Positions 36,037 to 48,700 of a DNA stretch of 64,000 bases are shown here, piece by piece. The notes beneath the pieces are model-generated. The model made no database searches, had not been told where the DNA came from, and saw nothing but the letters and a program-made list of their open reading frames with translations. The stretch covers positions 1,871,680 to 1,935,679 of the forward strand of contig OZ037767.1 in the NCBI GenBank assembly GCA_964035545.1, written 5' to 3'. Positions within the stretch are counted from its first letter, which is position 1. Each line of letters opens with the position of its first letter. A program made the position numbers and the translations under genes. The stretch comes from Bugula neritina (lineage: Eukaryota > Animalia > Bryozoa).

Positions 36037-39000
36037 ATGATTGTGCAAGTTGCTATTGTGTGCAGCTTTCTGGCTAAGGCATTTACATGTAAGTATTCTG
36101 TGCTAAATCAACAGGGAAATTCCCTCATAATATTACTGTTTACCAAAACATGCAACTCCCCTCTTTGACTTTAACAACTTACATGTAGAAAGCAACTTCT
36201 ACAACTATCAGGAAATGTCTCGATATGATTCAATGATTTAATACTTTTTTAGTATTGTATTTCAGAACTGCATGATCAGTTTTTTCCTACATAAAATAGA
36301 ATTTGAGACAAGTTGCACACACACCTGAAGACACACCCAGTAATATTAAAACACATTATAATCAGTTTTTAGTGATAAGTACAAACATTTGGCTATAATT
36401 TAGTTTAGTCTAGTTAAATTCATGTTCTCTGTCGCAATTACTTTAGTGCTTTCACCGACCAATGTCACGGTTACGCAATTGCACGATGAAGAGTTGAACA
36501 GTTTTCACTTTGAATGGGAAAACCCACCACAAAACAGAAACAGATATGACCACTTGATAATCAACTGTACGACTTGTGAACCCATAGTGAACAGAAAAGT
36601 AAGTAGGTACGACCCATACACATTTCTCCTATGAATTGCAGATACTAATATTAACCAATTTATTTCAGTACACATTGTTTCTTGCAAAAGTTGCTTAGAC
36701 TTTCATTACAGTCGATAGAACTTGTGTGTGTGCGCAATATTATTATATATCTGCAATTTAACCTTTGCAGTCCACAGCATTACCCATAAAATAAACAGTT
36801 TTATTAATAAAGTAACTGCTTAAAAATTGAAAGTCTTGCACCAGTTTACTTTATTTTTCAGAAAAATGAAATCAGAATTTGATTTAAAATATTTTCCTTC
36901 AAGTCTTAATGATCACATTATACCACATTATATTATATTTGTATTTTGTGGGCTTTAGTTGTCGGTGCCCATAGAAACAGAACTACCTGCAAAGTATACA
37001 TGGAGAGGTATACAGAATCGAGTCTCTTACAGTTTTGAAGTTTATACAACAAAAGCTGGTGAAAGGTCTGCTGATGTGATGGTACACATAACGAGATGTA
37101 ATTATATAACACATCTATTCCTTGTAAATATTTATTCACAGTATCATCATTGAGTTATAAATAGTTTACTGTAGCTTGAGCTTTTGGTCAAACTATGATC
37201 ACATTTCAATTGTAGAAGAGTTAAAGCTTTTTTTAGATTAATATATAGGAACAAATTCAGAAATTAGTAAATTAAATAACATAGTATGGCTAATACATCC
37301 ATTATAACAAACTAGTATGTACTACATTTATTATTGCGGTGATAGACAATAATTGGAAAAAATTAGAGTTAATAGATAAAATAATTGTAATATAATAAAA
37401 CAATTGAAGTTATTTATTTTAGCTTTACCTTCTACAATAAAATTTACTGCTCGTGTGGTGTCGAGCAAACTACAGTTAACATGGGCAATACCAGAAGGTG
37501 AAAGTCACGATTCCGTGATACTACTACTTTGTGGCACTGAAGAGCTATTTGAACCAAATGTAAGTCTCGGAAATAAACTTTGTCGTATTTTATGCGTACC
37601 ACACCCACTTGAATATTGTAACATGATAATTACATTTACCTGCGCCCCTAAGAGTGGTCAATGCTTGAAAAATGCGATTTGACCACCATGATGTACAATT
37701 GCATATGCAATGGGAGTTAAAACTCCTGTTTATTCATCAATTTTTAGAGCAGCAACGTGACATTTTCACCAGCTTCAATAAGTATTCTTTGCAACTATTA
37801 AAGTATCCTTATAATCCAATTGCTGCTAAAGATTGAATTTCAGAAACTATGCTTATACAAAAATTAACCTTCCCTTATTATTTTAAGTATTAAGCAGATA
37901 GGCCACATAGTTATTGCATGAAATGATGTTTTCGACATAATTTTACACTTGATTTGATATTTTTGCTGATACTGTTATAACCAATCCAGGCTGAGAGACA
38001 AGGATGTAAGGAGATGCTTCTATACTCCAACGACGGTAAGAGTAAATATCAAGCAGGAGTTAATGATACAGAAGTAGAGTTCAATCTGGAGTATCATATT
38101 AGTTACGTCAACGTCATGCCGGGCAGCCATCTTGCAATACAACTGGAGTCCAACGATTTGAGGAGAAAACGTTCGGACTATGTGCATCTCCGTGAGCCAT
38201 TATTTTATTCAGTGTATTGGCAAACTTTTGTTTTACTAAGTTTCCAACTGATATTTTAAACAATATATAATATAATATAACAATATAATATAATGAGCAA
38301 CAAAATAATAAAATATCTCAAGTCTACTGCATGTCTATGAAACTGCATTGGGTCAAAAGAAAACCACTTTAACATAGTTTTTGTGTATAAAGTCATACAA
38401 TGAAAACTCAAATATTTCTTAATATTGTCATGAGTGTTTCCAATATGAAATATGCTTCTTTATAGGACATTGGGACCACGTATTGTCATGTTTTAGGGTT
38501 TTTCTGCTCTAAACCTACAGGCACTTTACACGGGTGGGTTAGGAACGTCCCGTGGGCTAAAAATACTGATCTTTATACAAGTGGGCTATCCTATGATATT
38601 ATTTGTGATACGGGATTCATAAAGAAAAAAAGTAAAAGTAAATCAGATAGATGGAAGTGTGACAGGGGAGAGTGGATCAGTCAGCCAAAATGTTCAGGTG
38701 TGTTCAAAATTATTTACAATATAAATAAACAATGTAACATACAATTTTAATGGTAGCGCAATAAATGATTTGAATTAAATTATTCTTGGTTGCAATGTAT
38801 TACATAAGCTTTACAGCTTCTGGTAACATCAACCAGGCTAAACAATTGCTAAACACTACTTTTCCAAGCTTCACCTTGTGCAATGGACTTTTTATTTTAT
38901 GTTTGAAAATATGTAGTTGTATCAAATAAAACCGCAACCATAAATTCACCACATGCAATCAAGCAATGGAAGCTCCGGCGATAGTAGGTTAAGGAGCACT

Positions 39001-40313
39001 TAGAATTAATCTTCAAAACTTCAAACTGATTTATTACATAATTTTACAATTTTGTTAGACTTTGAATCCAACACAGTTTGATAAACCTACTCATGCAACT
39101 CTGTTACAGGAGCTGTAATCTACACCACCATTGGCCTGGAATTGGCGTTTATTGCGTCAGCATCATTGGCAATTTACATTTACAAGTAAGTCCCTAGCTT
39201 CTTTGACTTTCCAAAATTTTTAATATAAAATTTGTATCCAAGACTGTAAATTCAGTGGTAAATTTTGAAAATATTTGATTAAAATTGAATTGTTTTTTAC
39301 TCTGTGCTTTCAAAAATCCTACATTTGAATGCACATGTGACAATGGCAAGTGAATGATTGCTAAACTACAGGCAAGCCAAATAATGTCCAACAAAATTCC
39401 ATTAAAAAAAAAATAAAAGTTTAGAGTATCACTATAAAAATTCTACATCATAATATTATATTATTATTCGTTTAATTATTGTTGATACTTTGCCAGACGA
39501 AAGAAACGGTATAAAACAGCACCCTCCGAGGACACAAACAGCAATATTAATAGACAATACCCTAGAGCGTCACTACTCTATGCCAGAGTCACCCAACCAG
39601 ATATATTTTTTAAAAGGAAATCCACCACGAGGTCTTCAAATCTTCATAGGTCAGCAATAAAACAAGTTGCAAACAAAACGCGGATGTCTATAATAAAACC
39701 CTCTTTGGGATCAAGGCACTCGGTTTCTACCGTGAGGTCTTCACAGCTGATCTCTAACTCTGTGAGGAAATCCTTGCTCAAGGGGCCGGAATCCAAAGAA
39801 AATATTGAAGGAAAATATTTAAGTTTGAAACGAAGAGTGACACTAAATCTTTCCACCAGCAGAGTATCTGATGAAGATAGCGAGCCGGAGTTGACAATTG
39901 CCTTGTCACAAACCGACATAATGCAGGATGGCCCGCAAACACCTGTCATGAGTGCCAGTTTCATCAGGAGGCTCTCACAGGTAATACAAAGGAAAGATGT
40001 CATTATTCAGAAAGCGGGCGCGAGTAAACCAATAGGAACAAGGTTTACAACAACAGGTGGCTCTCCTGCGGTGGAGAGTAAAGTAGACGACGCGTCAACT
40101 GTCGACAAAAAACCGGACACTCTACCGAGTTCACAGCGGAAGTCTATAGTAATACATACAGATCACTGGGTGATACAGATTCCCGACTCAACATCTGGCA
40201 TAAGCGATATATCTAAAATACCGAGTGATATAACTTATAGTCTAGAAACGCAGGCTTCAAATACATCTAGCTCAGAAACCTACGAAAGTATGTATGACGG
40301 CAAGTGTATATAG
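36037..40313 (+). CDS. Uncharacterised type I membrane receptor (signal peptide, 2 FN3-like, sushi/CCP-like, TM, long S/T-rich tail). Exons 36037-36088, 36447-36598, 36959-37097, 37423-37559, 37990-38191, 38521-38697, 39110-39185, 39497-40313
   Basis: Phase-consistent GT-AG chain. Leader MIVQVAIVCSFLAKAFT. FN3 patterns SPTNVTV..FEWENP..YSFEVYT..GERS and LQLTWAIP. CCP pattern ICDTGF..WKCDRGEWISQPKC. TM AVIYTTIGLELAFIASASLAIYIY followed by KRKKR. TATAAAA at ~36007. Confidence 0.72.
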
Positions 40314-40597
40314 TATCTACATTTATATCTATAGAAGGAGTAAAAACAATACAAAGAAACCATAATTGAGCTCAGTTTATCTTTTTTGAATCTAAAATAA
40401 TGATAATTTGTTTTTCTACGTTATTTAATTTAAAATAATAGCATTATCCTAGATCAAAAGGTCCGTTTATTTATAAAACAATTATAAATAAAATTATACA
40501 AAAAAGTAATAAAAATCTTCTAAATTTTATGTCCAATTAGCAGCAAAATTATAAACACAAGTATTGCCTCCTTCTAACACTAGAGTCTCCCATCACC

Positions 40598-40715
40598 CTT
40601 ACTACTAGCACTTACTACTGGCACTTACTACTGGCACTTACTACTGGCACTTACTACTGGCACTTACTACTGGCACTTGCTACTAGCACTTACTACTGGC
40701 ACTTACTACTGGCAC
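40598..40715 (-). repeat. 13 bp unit (AGTAGTAAGTGCC on minus) x9 at the 3' end of THADA
   Basis: Direct reading; units contain GTAAGT. Confidence 0.93.
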
Positions 40716-42553
40716 AGTAATCACTCAACTGTTGGTAACAGCTGAGCAGTTCCCTGTAAGACTGCTGCATGCCTTCGGGAAGAACTGACTCTATTCTCTC
40801 AACTGTTGGGGGGTCAAACATCAGCCCCGTGCTCAAAGCGCTACACAATAGAGCCACAACTTCCTTTACAAAAATTGTTCGCTCATAAAAGATGTTGAGT
40901 TCTTCTTGGAAAAACATTTTGGACACCCTAAAAAGCAAAACCGATGTTAAGACAGCAAAGCTTTTCTGTGGCAACTAGGCAACCGAATTTTGTAAAATCA
41001 AATACAAACTAAACAGAAGCAAGAAACAAAATCCTTTAGAATAGATACTTTTACTGAACCATAGATTTTGCAGAACTGTTAGAATAGTACAATAAACAAA
41101 GAGTAAAATTTCAGATAGCAAGTAATGAAGTGTGCCAGAAACAGTCTTGATATTAACTAGACTCCAAATTACAACAATATACCAGTTTTCACAAAACTTG
41201 CTTATATATACAATAACGTAAGAAATCAGTAAATAATTATAAAGCAAATACAAGGATAACAGCTGTTGATGTATGAAGTATTAACAATGAAAAATTTCAT
41301 CAAAGTTGATTTATTGTTGGCAAGTAAGATAACTAACTAAACACCAGTGTCACCAGCTTATTGAGAACATAACTAGTTGTGACGAGTGATTATTTTTAGA
41401 TACTCACTTGTGTGACTGGTGAATCAGGTCTGTGAAATGTGTCATATTACTGTGCATATGACTGAGCAACCACCTGACCCAGAGTGTCGTATCGACATTG
41501 AGCAAAAGAGGAAGAAGACCAAGCACCTGTTGGAAATGAGTTATTATAATTAGCATGTTTAGAGTATTTAGAACAAAAACTTCCCCTCAAAATGTAGGTT
41601 TACAACTGCCCCCCCCACCCCCAACGAACTTCCACTATATAGAGCATGAAGTCCAGTAGCATTGGAACTATGAACTATGGGATATAAAGAATCGGTGAAT
41701 CTATTTGGAGACACGGCCATAAAATAAAATGCTTAAAACTGGGTACTTCAGGATAAACATCAAATTAGCATAAAAGCTTATTGATAAAAACTTGATTCAA
41801 TTTAATAATATTTCAAAATTATTTAGAAATTTTTTCTGCAGAGTATCAGAGGTGTACAACATAAAACTAATTAGCAACCAGGCAGCAAAATACCAAAAGT
41901 TGATATATATGCACTATTAGTAACCTGTTGAATGGCGATGTTGAAATGCACAGGGGTGTCTGAAGGGGGGTGAATATCATACAAGTGGTGGATAGAAGTT
42001 GAACCGGCACATGTGTTGTGGTGTAGAGATCGTGCAAGACGAGAGAGGTTAGTGACGGAGACTGAGCATCTTATTCTCACTTCTGGTTGTTCATTGTGTA
42101 GCAGAGATAGGAAAATATCCATCAGTCTGTTGAGTATACAGTATATACTACAGTGTGTTATATAGAGTATATACTACAATGGGTTATATACTACAGTGTG
42201 TTATATACTACAGTGTGTTGTATACAGTATATATACTACAGTATTCTACAGGAGCATTGCTTTAGTGTGCTATATATACAGTAGCTTGTAGTATATACAC
42301 ACACTACTGTATTACATACTTACTGTAGAATGTTGTGTTGACTGAACTGTTGCAACTCAAAACTGGAGACTATGACATCGATACAGTCACATACATTGCT
42401 GTGAACATCTTCCCCTACATCTGGCTCACTCCATTTCAACAGCTCACTCAATACTTTGCTGTAATCATATATACATATCTTACAAGTACTGTTACTGCTG
42501 CTACTGCTACTACTACTACCTACCAGTACTACTGCTACTACCAGTACTACCAT

Positions 42554-42609
<56 letters not shown>

Positions 42610-42691
42610 GTACTACCACTACTACCATTACTACCACTACTACTACTAGTACTACCACTACTACCATTACTACTACTACTACTACTACCAT

Positions 42692-42745
<54 letters not shown>

Positions 42746-45700
42746 CAGTACTACCACTACTACCAGTACTACTACTACTGCTAGTACCAGTACTAGTACC
42801 AGTACTACCACTATTACTAAGTTTTGTTGAATATATTTACCATTCAGTAGTAGCGACACAGTCTCTAACGAGCAGTGAAATGAGCAGATAACGTGCAGAA
42901 GTATCGTGTGCTAGTGTTGAGTGAAGGAGGCGAAGGCGGGCGAATGGTACCAACATACCAAACACCTTCAGACACTTGACCAACATGTCTACCAGCTGAG
43001 TGTAGAATCTGAGTTCATAACTCGTCTGGCAATTCTGTAGAGAGATTATTTCTTGAACAAGCCACGTCTAAAATTGATATTTATGTTCAGTTAAACCTAG
43101 ACGCCACATGATAGCGACTGTTTATAGCAAATGTGTTAAATAGAAATAGAAATGAAAACATATTAGGTTTAGTAGGACACAAACAACTGGAGGGACATTG
43201 ATGATGCGAAGAATGAGTAAAAAACATATGGTCTCACTCACTCATCACTCACTCACTCACTCACTTACTCACTCACTCACTCACTCACTCACTCACTCAC
43301 TCACTCACTCACTCACTTACACACTCACTCACCTGAATGCGGGCAACTGATGATGATTCAACACTCTCCAGGTCTAAACTGAAAAGTAAACTCTTAGTCA
43401 TTATAGACAGTGAGCCAAAAATCACTGACAGCCATGACTCACAACCAGCAATATATTGATAGAGTAGAGAGCATTTCTCAACTAGCAACGCCGCTCCTGG
43501 TGTCTAGAATGAAAAAAGTGTATATTTACTGAACTTTACTGGGGTAGGGTGTAACATATACTATAGAGCAGTGGTTCCCAACCTTTTTCATACTATTCCC
43601 CCCTTTCATAAATGTTGACTATTAATTCCCTCCTTCGAAGAGCAAAAATATTTTATGACTTACTGAATGAGAATATATGATACAATGCAATATATTTGCA
43701 TATAATATAATTATAATAATAGTAATATTATTGTTATTTTTATGTTATAAAACACAGAGCAGTTCAATTGTTAATGTTATGGCTTCATTTGATACTTTTG
43801 TGCCAGCTTGCTTAAGCCTGGCTCTGTGTTTGACCAGGCCCATTTTAAGTCACTCTGCAGGTTAAGGCAGTTTTTCTTCTCTTTGAATTGATGAGAATCC
43901 TACCTCACACAGATAGGTGGTGCTGGATGGCACCAAAACTCTGCTTTGTCAGTTATGTGTGAGAAGAGTTTGTTTGTTGAAACCCAAAATTATTTGGCAC
44001 ACTGATATTAAATTTTTTTAAACTCAAACTCCAAACTCTCCACATCAAGCCTCCAACTCTTGAACCTCAACCCCCCCTAACCCAAACCCTCACCCCCAAA
44101 CTCCAGAATCCTTCCCCCAAACCCCTCTTTCAAACTCCAAACCCCCACCCCAATGTTGGAAGACATGTGCTATTTTTACTTACTTTTCCATTTGTGCCAT
44201 TATTACCTGTGCCATTTCTACTGGACACTACCCACAATACATCAACTGGAGAAAATTTTAAATTACCCTTCATTGCTGAATTGGGAGCCAACTCAATAAA
44301 ATCCTCCTGTAACTCCTCTGCAAACTTTTCAACAAAGCGTTGCAATGGATCATACGTTAAGTTAAGAATCTAGCTCGTTCCTCTTGGAAGGTAGTTCAGA
44401 AAAATACCCTTAAAACTCCATCAAAAGTTCAGAGAGATGCTTAAAAGTTTTTTGCAAAATGATCTGGAACAGGTGGTGTCCGGTAAAAATGGCACAGGTA
44501 AAAATGGCACCTGTTGTAGGTAATAAAGGCACAAATGGAAAATTAAGTAAAATTGGCACATTTACAATATTAGCATTGTAGATTTGAGTTGGGGGTTAGG
44601 CATTCAGGATGAGGGGTTTAGAGGTTTGGGTTTGGGAAAATTTAACACCAGTGTGCGATTTTTACCTGTGCAGTTTTTACCTAAAATCGGAACAGGTTCT
44701 TCTTCTATCAAAGTTCATTGAGTGTAGGGAAAGACACTGTGCTTTTGATAGAGATGCCACCACTTTAGTGTAACCTTAAAAACATTGCTGCTGCTATGAA
44801 AGGCAATGATATGATAATTGCACTCCTGCATTTTTAGCTTCAGATTATTTAGTGTAGCAAATATATTCACAAGGTGTGTAGTGTACAGTTCATAGAAATT
44901 GACTTGCATGGCTGCTAAAAGTTGGCCTGTTAGTTTTTGCATATTTTTGACTTTCATTCGAAGTAGCACAGAGAACAGTTAAGGTAGAGTAATTAATAAA
45001 CACATTCATGTAGAAGTAAACAGAGATTGCAGAATATGGTTTGGTTAAATAGATGAACTAAGATGAAGATTTATAGATATGCATATAATACATGTAACTT
45101 GCAAGAGCTCAAAAACCGTCAACAAAGCACGTAAATTTTTCAAAATCCAAATTCCCCCCCTAAAATGTCCAAATTCCCCCCTAGGGGGGAATTCCCCCCA
45201 GGTTGGGAACCACTGCTATAGAGTATAACAAAGCCTCTTGTATTATGTGAAGTACAATATTTTCTAGAAATAAATTTGTAAATTGAAACAGCGGATGAAA
45301 TAATTAAACACCCTTTGACGCACTTGAACTGATTTGTAAGGTGACTAAAACGTCTGCCCACAGACTGTTCAGCCATCTATACGTGAAATAAGTTTCTGTC
45401 ACAATATGGCTGAGTCAATAGCATACCTGTTTCCTGGGACCAGATAAAACAGAGTGAAACCACAACTCTAAGTCCTGTCCTAACGGCGACCAGTAACTCT
45501 TATTCCTCCATATAAGAAGGATGTCAATGTAGCAGGCTTGGAGTATGCCGGACGCCGATGCTAAGAACTGCACGGCATTCTCCCATAAGCACCTTCGTAG
45601 ATTCAGCATTCTCTCCTTCACATAATCACTGATAAGAAAAAATCAAATCGTTTATTCAATATGTAACAGTTGATCTACGCTAATTTTTAAATAGGCAGAA

Positions 45701-48700
45701 TTTATAAATACTAACTTTTCCATTTCTTCCACATCATTCTTCTGAAATATCTTTATCATCTCATAGATTGTAACTAGAATGGTGTGAGACGTATTGGCAG
45801 ACATATTGCTGAGAGCAAAAGCAGACGTGTCCTTCACAGAAGAACTCGTAGCAGACGTATTTCTTGCAGACGTATCAGTAGTAGAAGAAGCAGACGATGA
45901 CAAATACGAAAGCAAGTTGGCACCAGCAGTAGCATTGCTAAGAAAGCTGAACAATGCTGTGCAAAGGTCTACCATCTCATGAAGTGTATCTACCGTAGCT
46001 ATGACACAGTGCGGCAGCATCACTCTTACTCCATATATTGGGTGTCCGAATAGTCTGAGAATAGCTTCTCTAAAGGGTTTCATTGTCCTGCAAACATGCA
46101 GGATTAACCTTGACCTGTTGTCTACTCTAATTCATACACACAAATCTGATCAAACAAGGTAATTTAATTGAAACTGCCCTAAACGAAGTTTGTGTTTTTA
46201 ATAAATACGTCACCATCCTCACGACTTATAAACCAAAGATAATCTGCTAAAACTACAACCTGCTAAATTCTCAATCTCTAATTGAATGCATTAGGATAGA
46301 CATGAATAAACTAGGAAATTATAACAGCATTGAAAACTTTGTGCTGTAAAGCTTTCTAATTATGTGGTAAACCATATACATATATAGCATATGGGAGAAA
46401 TCAGAAAGTGAATCTCGAAAAAGTTGCAAGCTGTGTAAAACTTTAACCCACATGCAGACGGTATACACATATTTCAGTACACGTAAAAATAGGTTCACAA
46501 ATCTACCCCACGAAGCTGAGAATTCTGGGTAAACTAACCAGGAGTTAGATTCTGTAACATGATGTATCGGAGAGGAGAGTCGGGATATGAGAGACAGGAG
46601 AGGGTAGAGCTGAGCGGGACGCCTGCAACTACTCCCCCGCAGCTTCTCTTCCAGGTACGTGTAGAGGAGGGGATACTGAGAGAAAAACTCGGCACTTCCT
46701 GTACCAGCTGACCGGTGTTCTGCTTCACCTCTTTGTCCGAGCATCCTCAGAGAGCACGCAGCTGCACAGAAATCAGAATGAGGCTATAGACATCAAAATG
46801 AGGCTGAATATTTTACAGCAATATTTTATAATAATTATCAAATGAAAGGAACATTCAGTCTGAGAAAACTTCAACAGTTGTACATTTTATAGTCTTGTAT
46901 ATTTTTGTCAGATAAAACAAACTCACTGACTAATATTTACTTAGTTTTATGCCCTCCAGCTATCAAAGATGAAGTAAGTAGAGCTGTCAATATCTAAAAG
47001 TTGTTTCAAGGCATTAAACTCTGAACTGCCGACTCAAAATACAGAAACAAATGTGGAATGTGATTGAGATAACGGACAAAGCAATACAAAAGCTCACCAA
47101 ACAGCTGTGTGGCTGCATTTCTTAGAGCCCAAACTGGCGAGCTGAAAGCCTGAATACTCTTGATAGTGACACGAGCCAAGTATGATCTCATAGTGTACAG
47201 CAGTCTGGCATCTGTCACAAGTGCTTTTAGTATGTTGAAGGCATGAACCTGTGACATGTCAGTCGTGTCATCCTGTTGCGCAGACGCAATGTCATGAGTC
47301 AGATGTAGCAGTTCATCTACAACCGTGCTGATGGCCTGTCAACATACAACAGGTGCTCCAAGTGTCATGAGATGAAATAGTGCAGGCTATAGCTTGAGAG
47401 AAATTATTAAAAAATAGTAAGAACACTTATTACTGGGTATCAACAATACGCTGAAACAACTCGAGGCCTATTCACCTGTTTATTAGAAGAATGTGATGCA
47501 AGCACATGTTGTATGATTAATGGGAATCCCCCGGACCTTCTCGTAACTGAACAACCAGATGCAGAGTCGTCACTCCTGACTGACATATCGAGTACCTGCC
47601 ACCAGTACAACACAATGTACTAGCAGTACAACACAATGTACTAGCAGTACAACACAATGTACTACCAGTACAATACAACGTACTACCAGTACAACACAAC
47701 GTACTAGCAGTACAACACAGCGTACTAACAGTACAACACAATGTACTAGCAGTACAACACAATGTACTACCAGTACAATACAACGTACTAGCAGTACAAT
47801 ACAGCGTACTCTCAGTACAAGACAGCGTACTCTCAGTACAACACAGCGTACTCTCAGTACAACACAATGTACTACCAGTACAATACAGCGTACTACCAGT
47901 ACAATACAGCATACTACCAGTACAACACAGCAGTACCAATTTCATAAAATTTGTGTTGATTACAATTCAATTAACTTAAAAACAGGATATGTTTGAAAAA
48001 CAAGTAGAGTATAAAGACTGGATCTACGATCATCCGTACAATATTTGAATATTAGAGTCACAAGTAAAGCTTCATAAAAGACAACAAGTATTAAATGTAA
48101 CATGTAACACTTATATATAAAATAGTAGCAATGTTCCACAACTCTATCTCACTTACCTGACTGATGATAGAAGAGGGTATAAAGTTGAAGCCCCTGTCCC
48201 CACTTCTCCGCATAACAGCACAGAAATCTAGAAGACCCTCGCAACTTCCCTCTATCACACCCTGTGAGTAGCACCAAGCACAGCATTCGTTACTACAGTA
48301 TTACTAGTAGTGTATTCGCGTACCATATACACGACACACAAACACACTCACAGAAAAACATATAAAACAATACTTTATATATATTATATATCATTTTATA
48401 TACTGTATTATATAACAAAAGTCTGATAGCATACTACAGTAACGCATACCCGATGTCTACACTTGGTGAGTGTAGAAAAGAATATAGACCGCATAGTGTC
48501 TGCTGAAGACTGTGTCAAGAGATCTTTATACTTCTCAGAAGACAGAGTGATGGCACCACACAGAGAGCAAGCTTCCTGCAAGGTGCATATACTCATACAT
48601 ATATATATATATTACTCATACATGTATATTACTCATACATATATATATATATTACTCATACATATATATTACTCATACATATATATATATTACTTATACA

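Larger units (their letters stand above)
43569..45215 (-). mobile_element. Internally deleted hAT (Charlie/Buster-type) transposon in a THADA intron
   Basis: Perfect TIR CAGTGGTTCCCAACCT and 8-bp TSD CTATAGAG (43561-43568, 45216-45223). Minus-strand transposase remnants HLVNIFATLNNL, ELQEDFIEL and VPSSTTYLCEVGFSSI (hAT dimerisation motif). Confidence 0.93.

Noticed and set aside
42320-42859. Poly-Val ORF (also 12856-13074)
   Set aside because: (GTA)n microsatellite; only the last ~45 codons of the 42320 ORF are a real THADA exon.
44050-44150. Telomere-like CCCTAA/AAACCC runs
   Set aside because: Degenerate internal core of the Mutator-like MITE, not a telomeric array.
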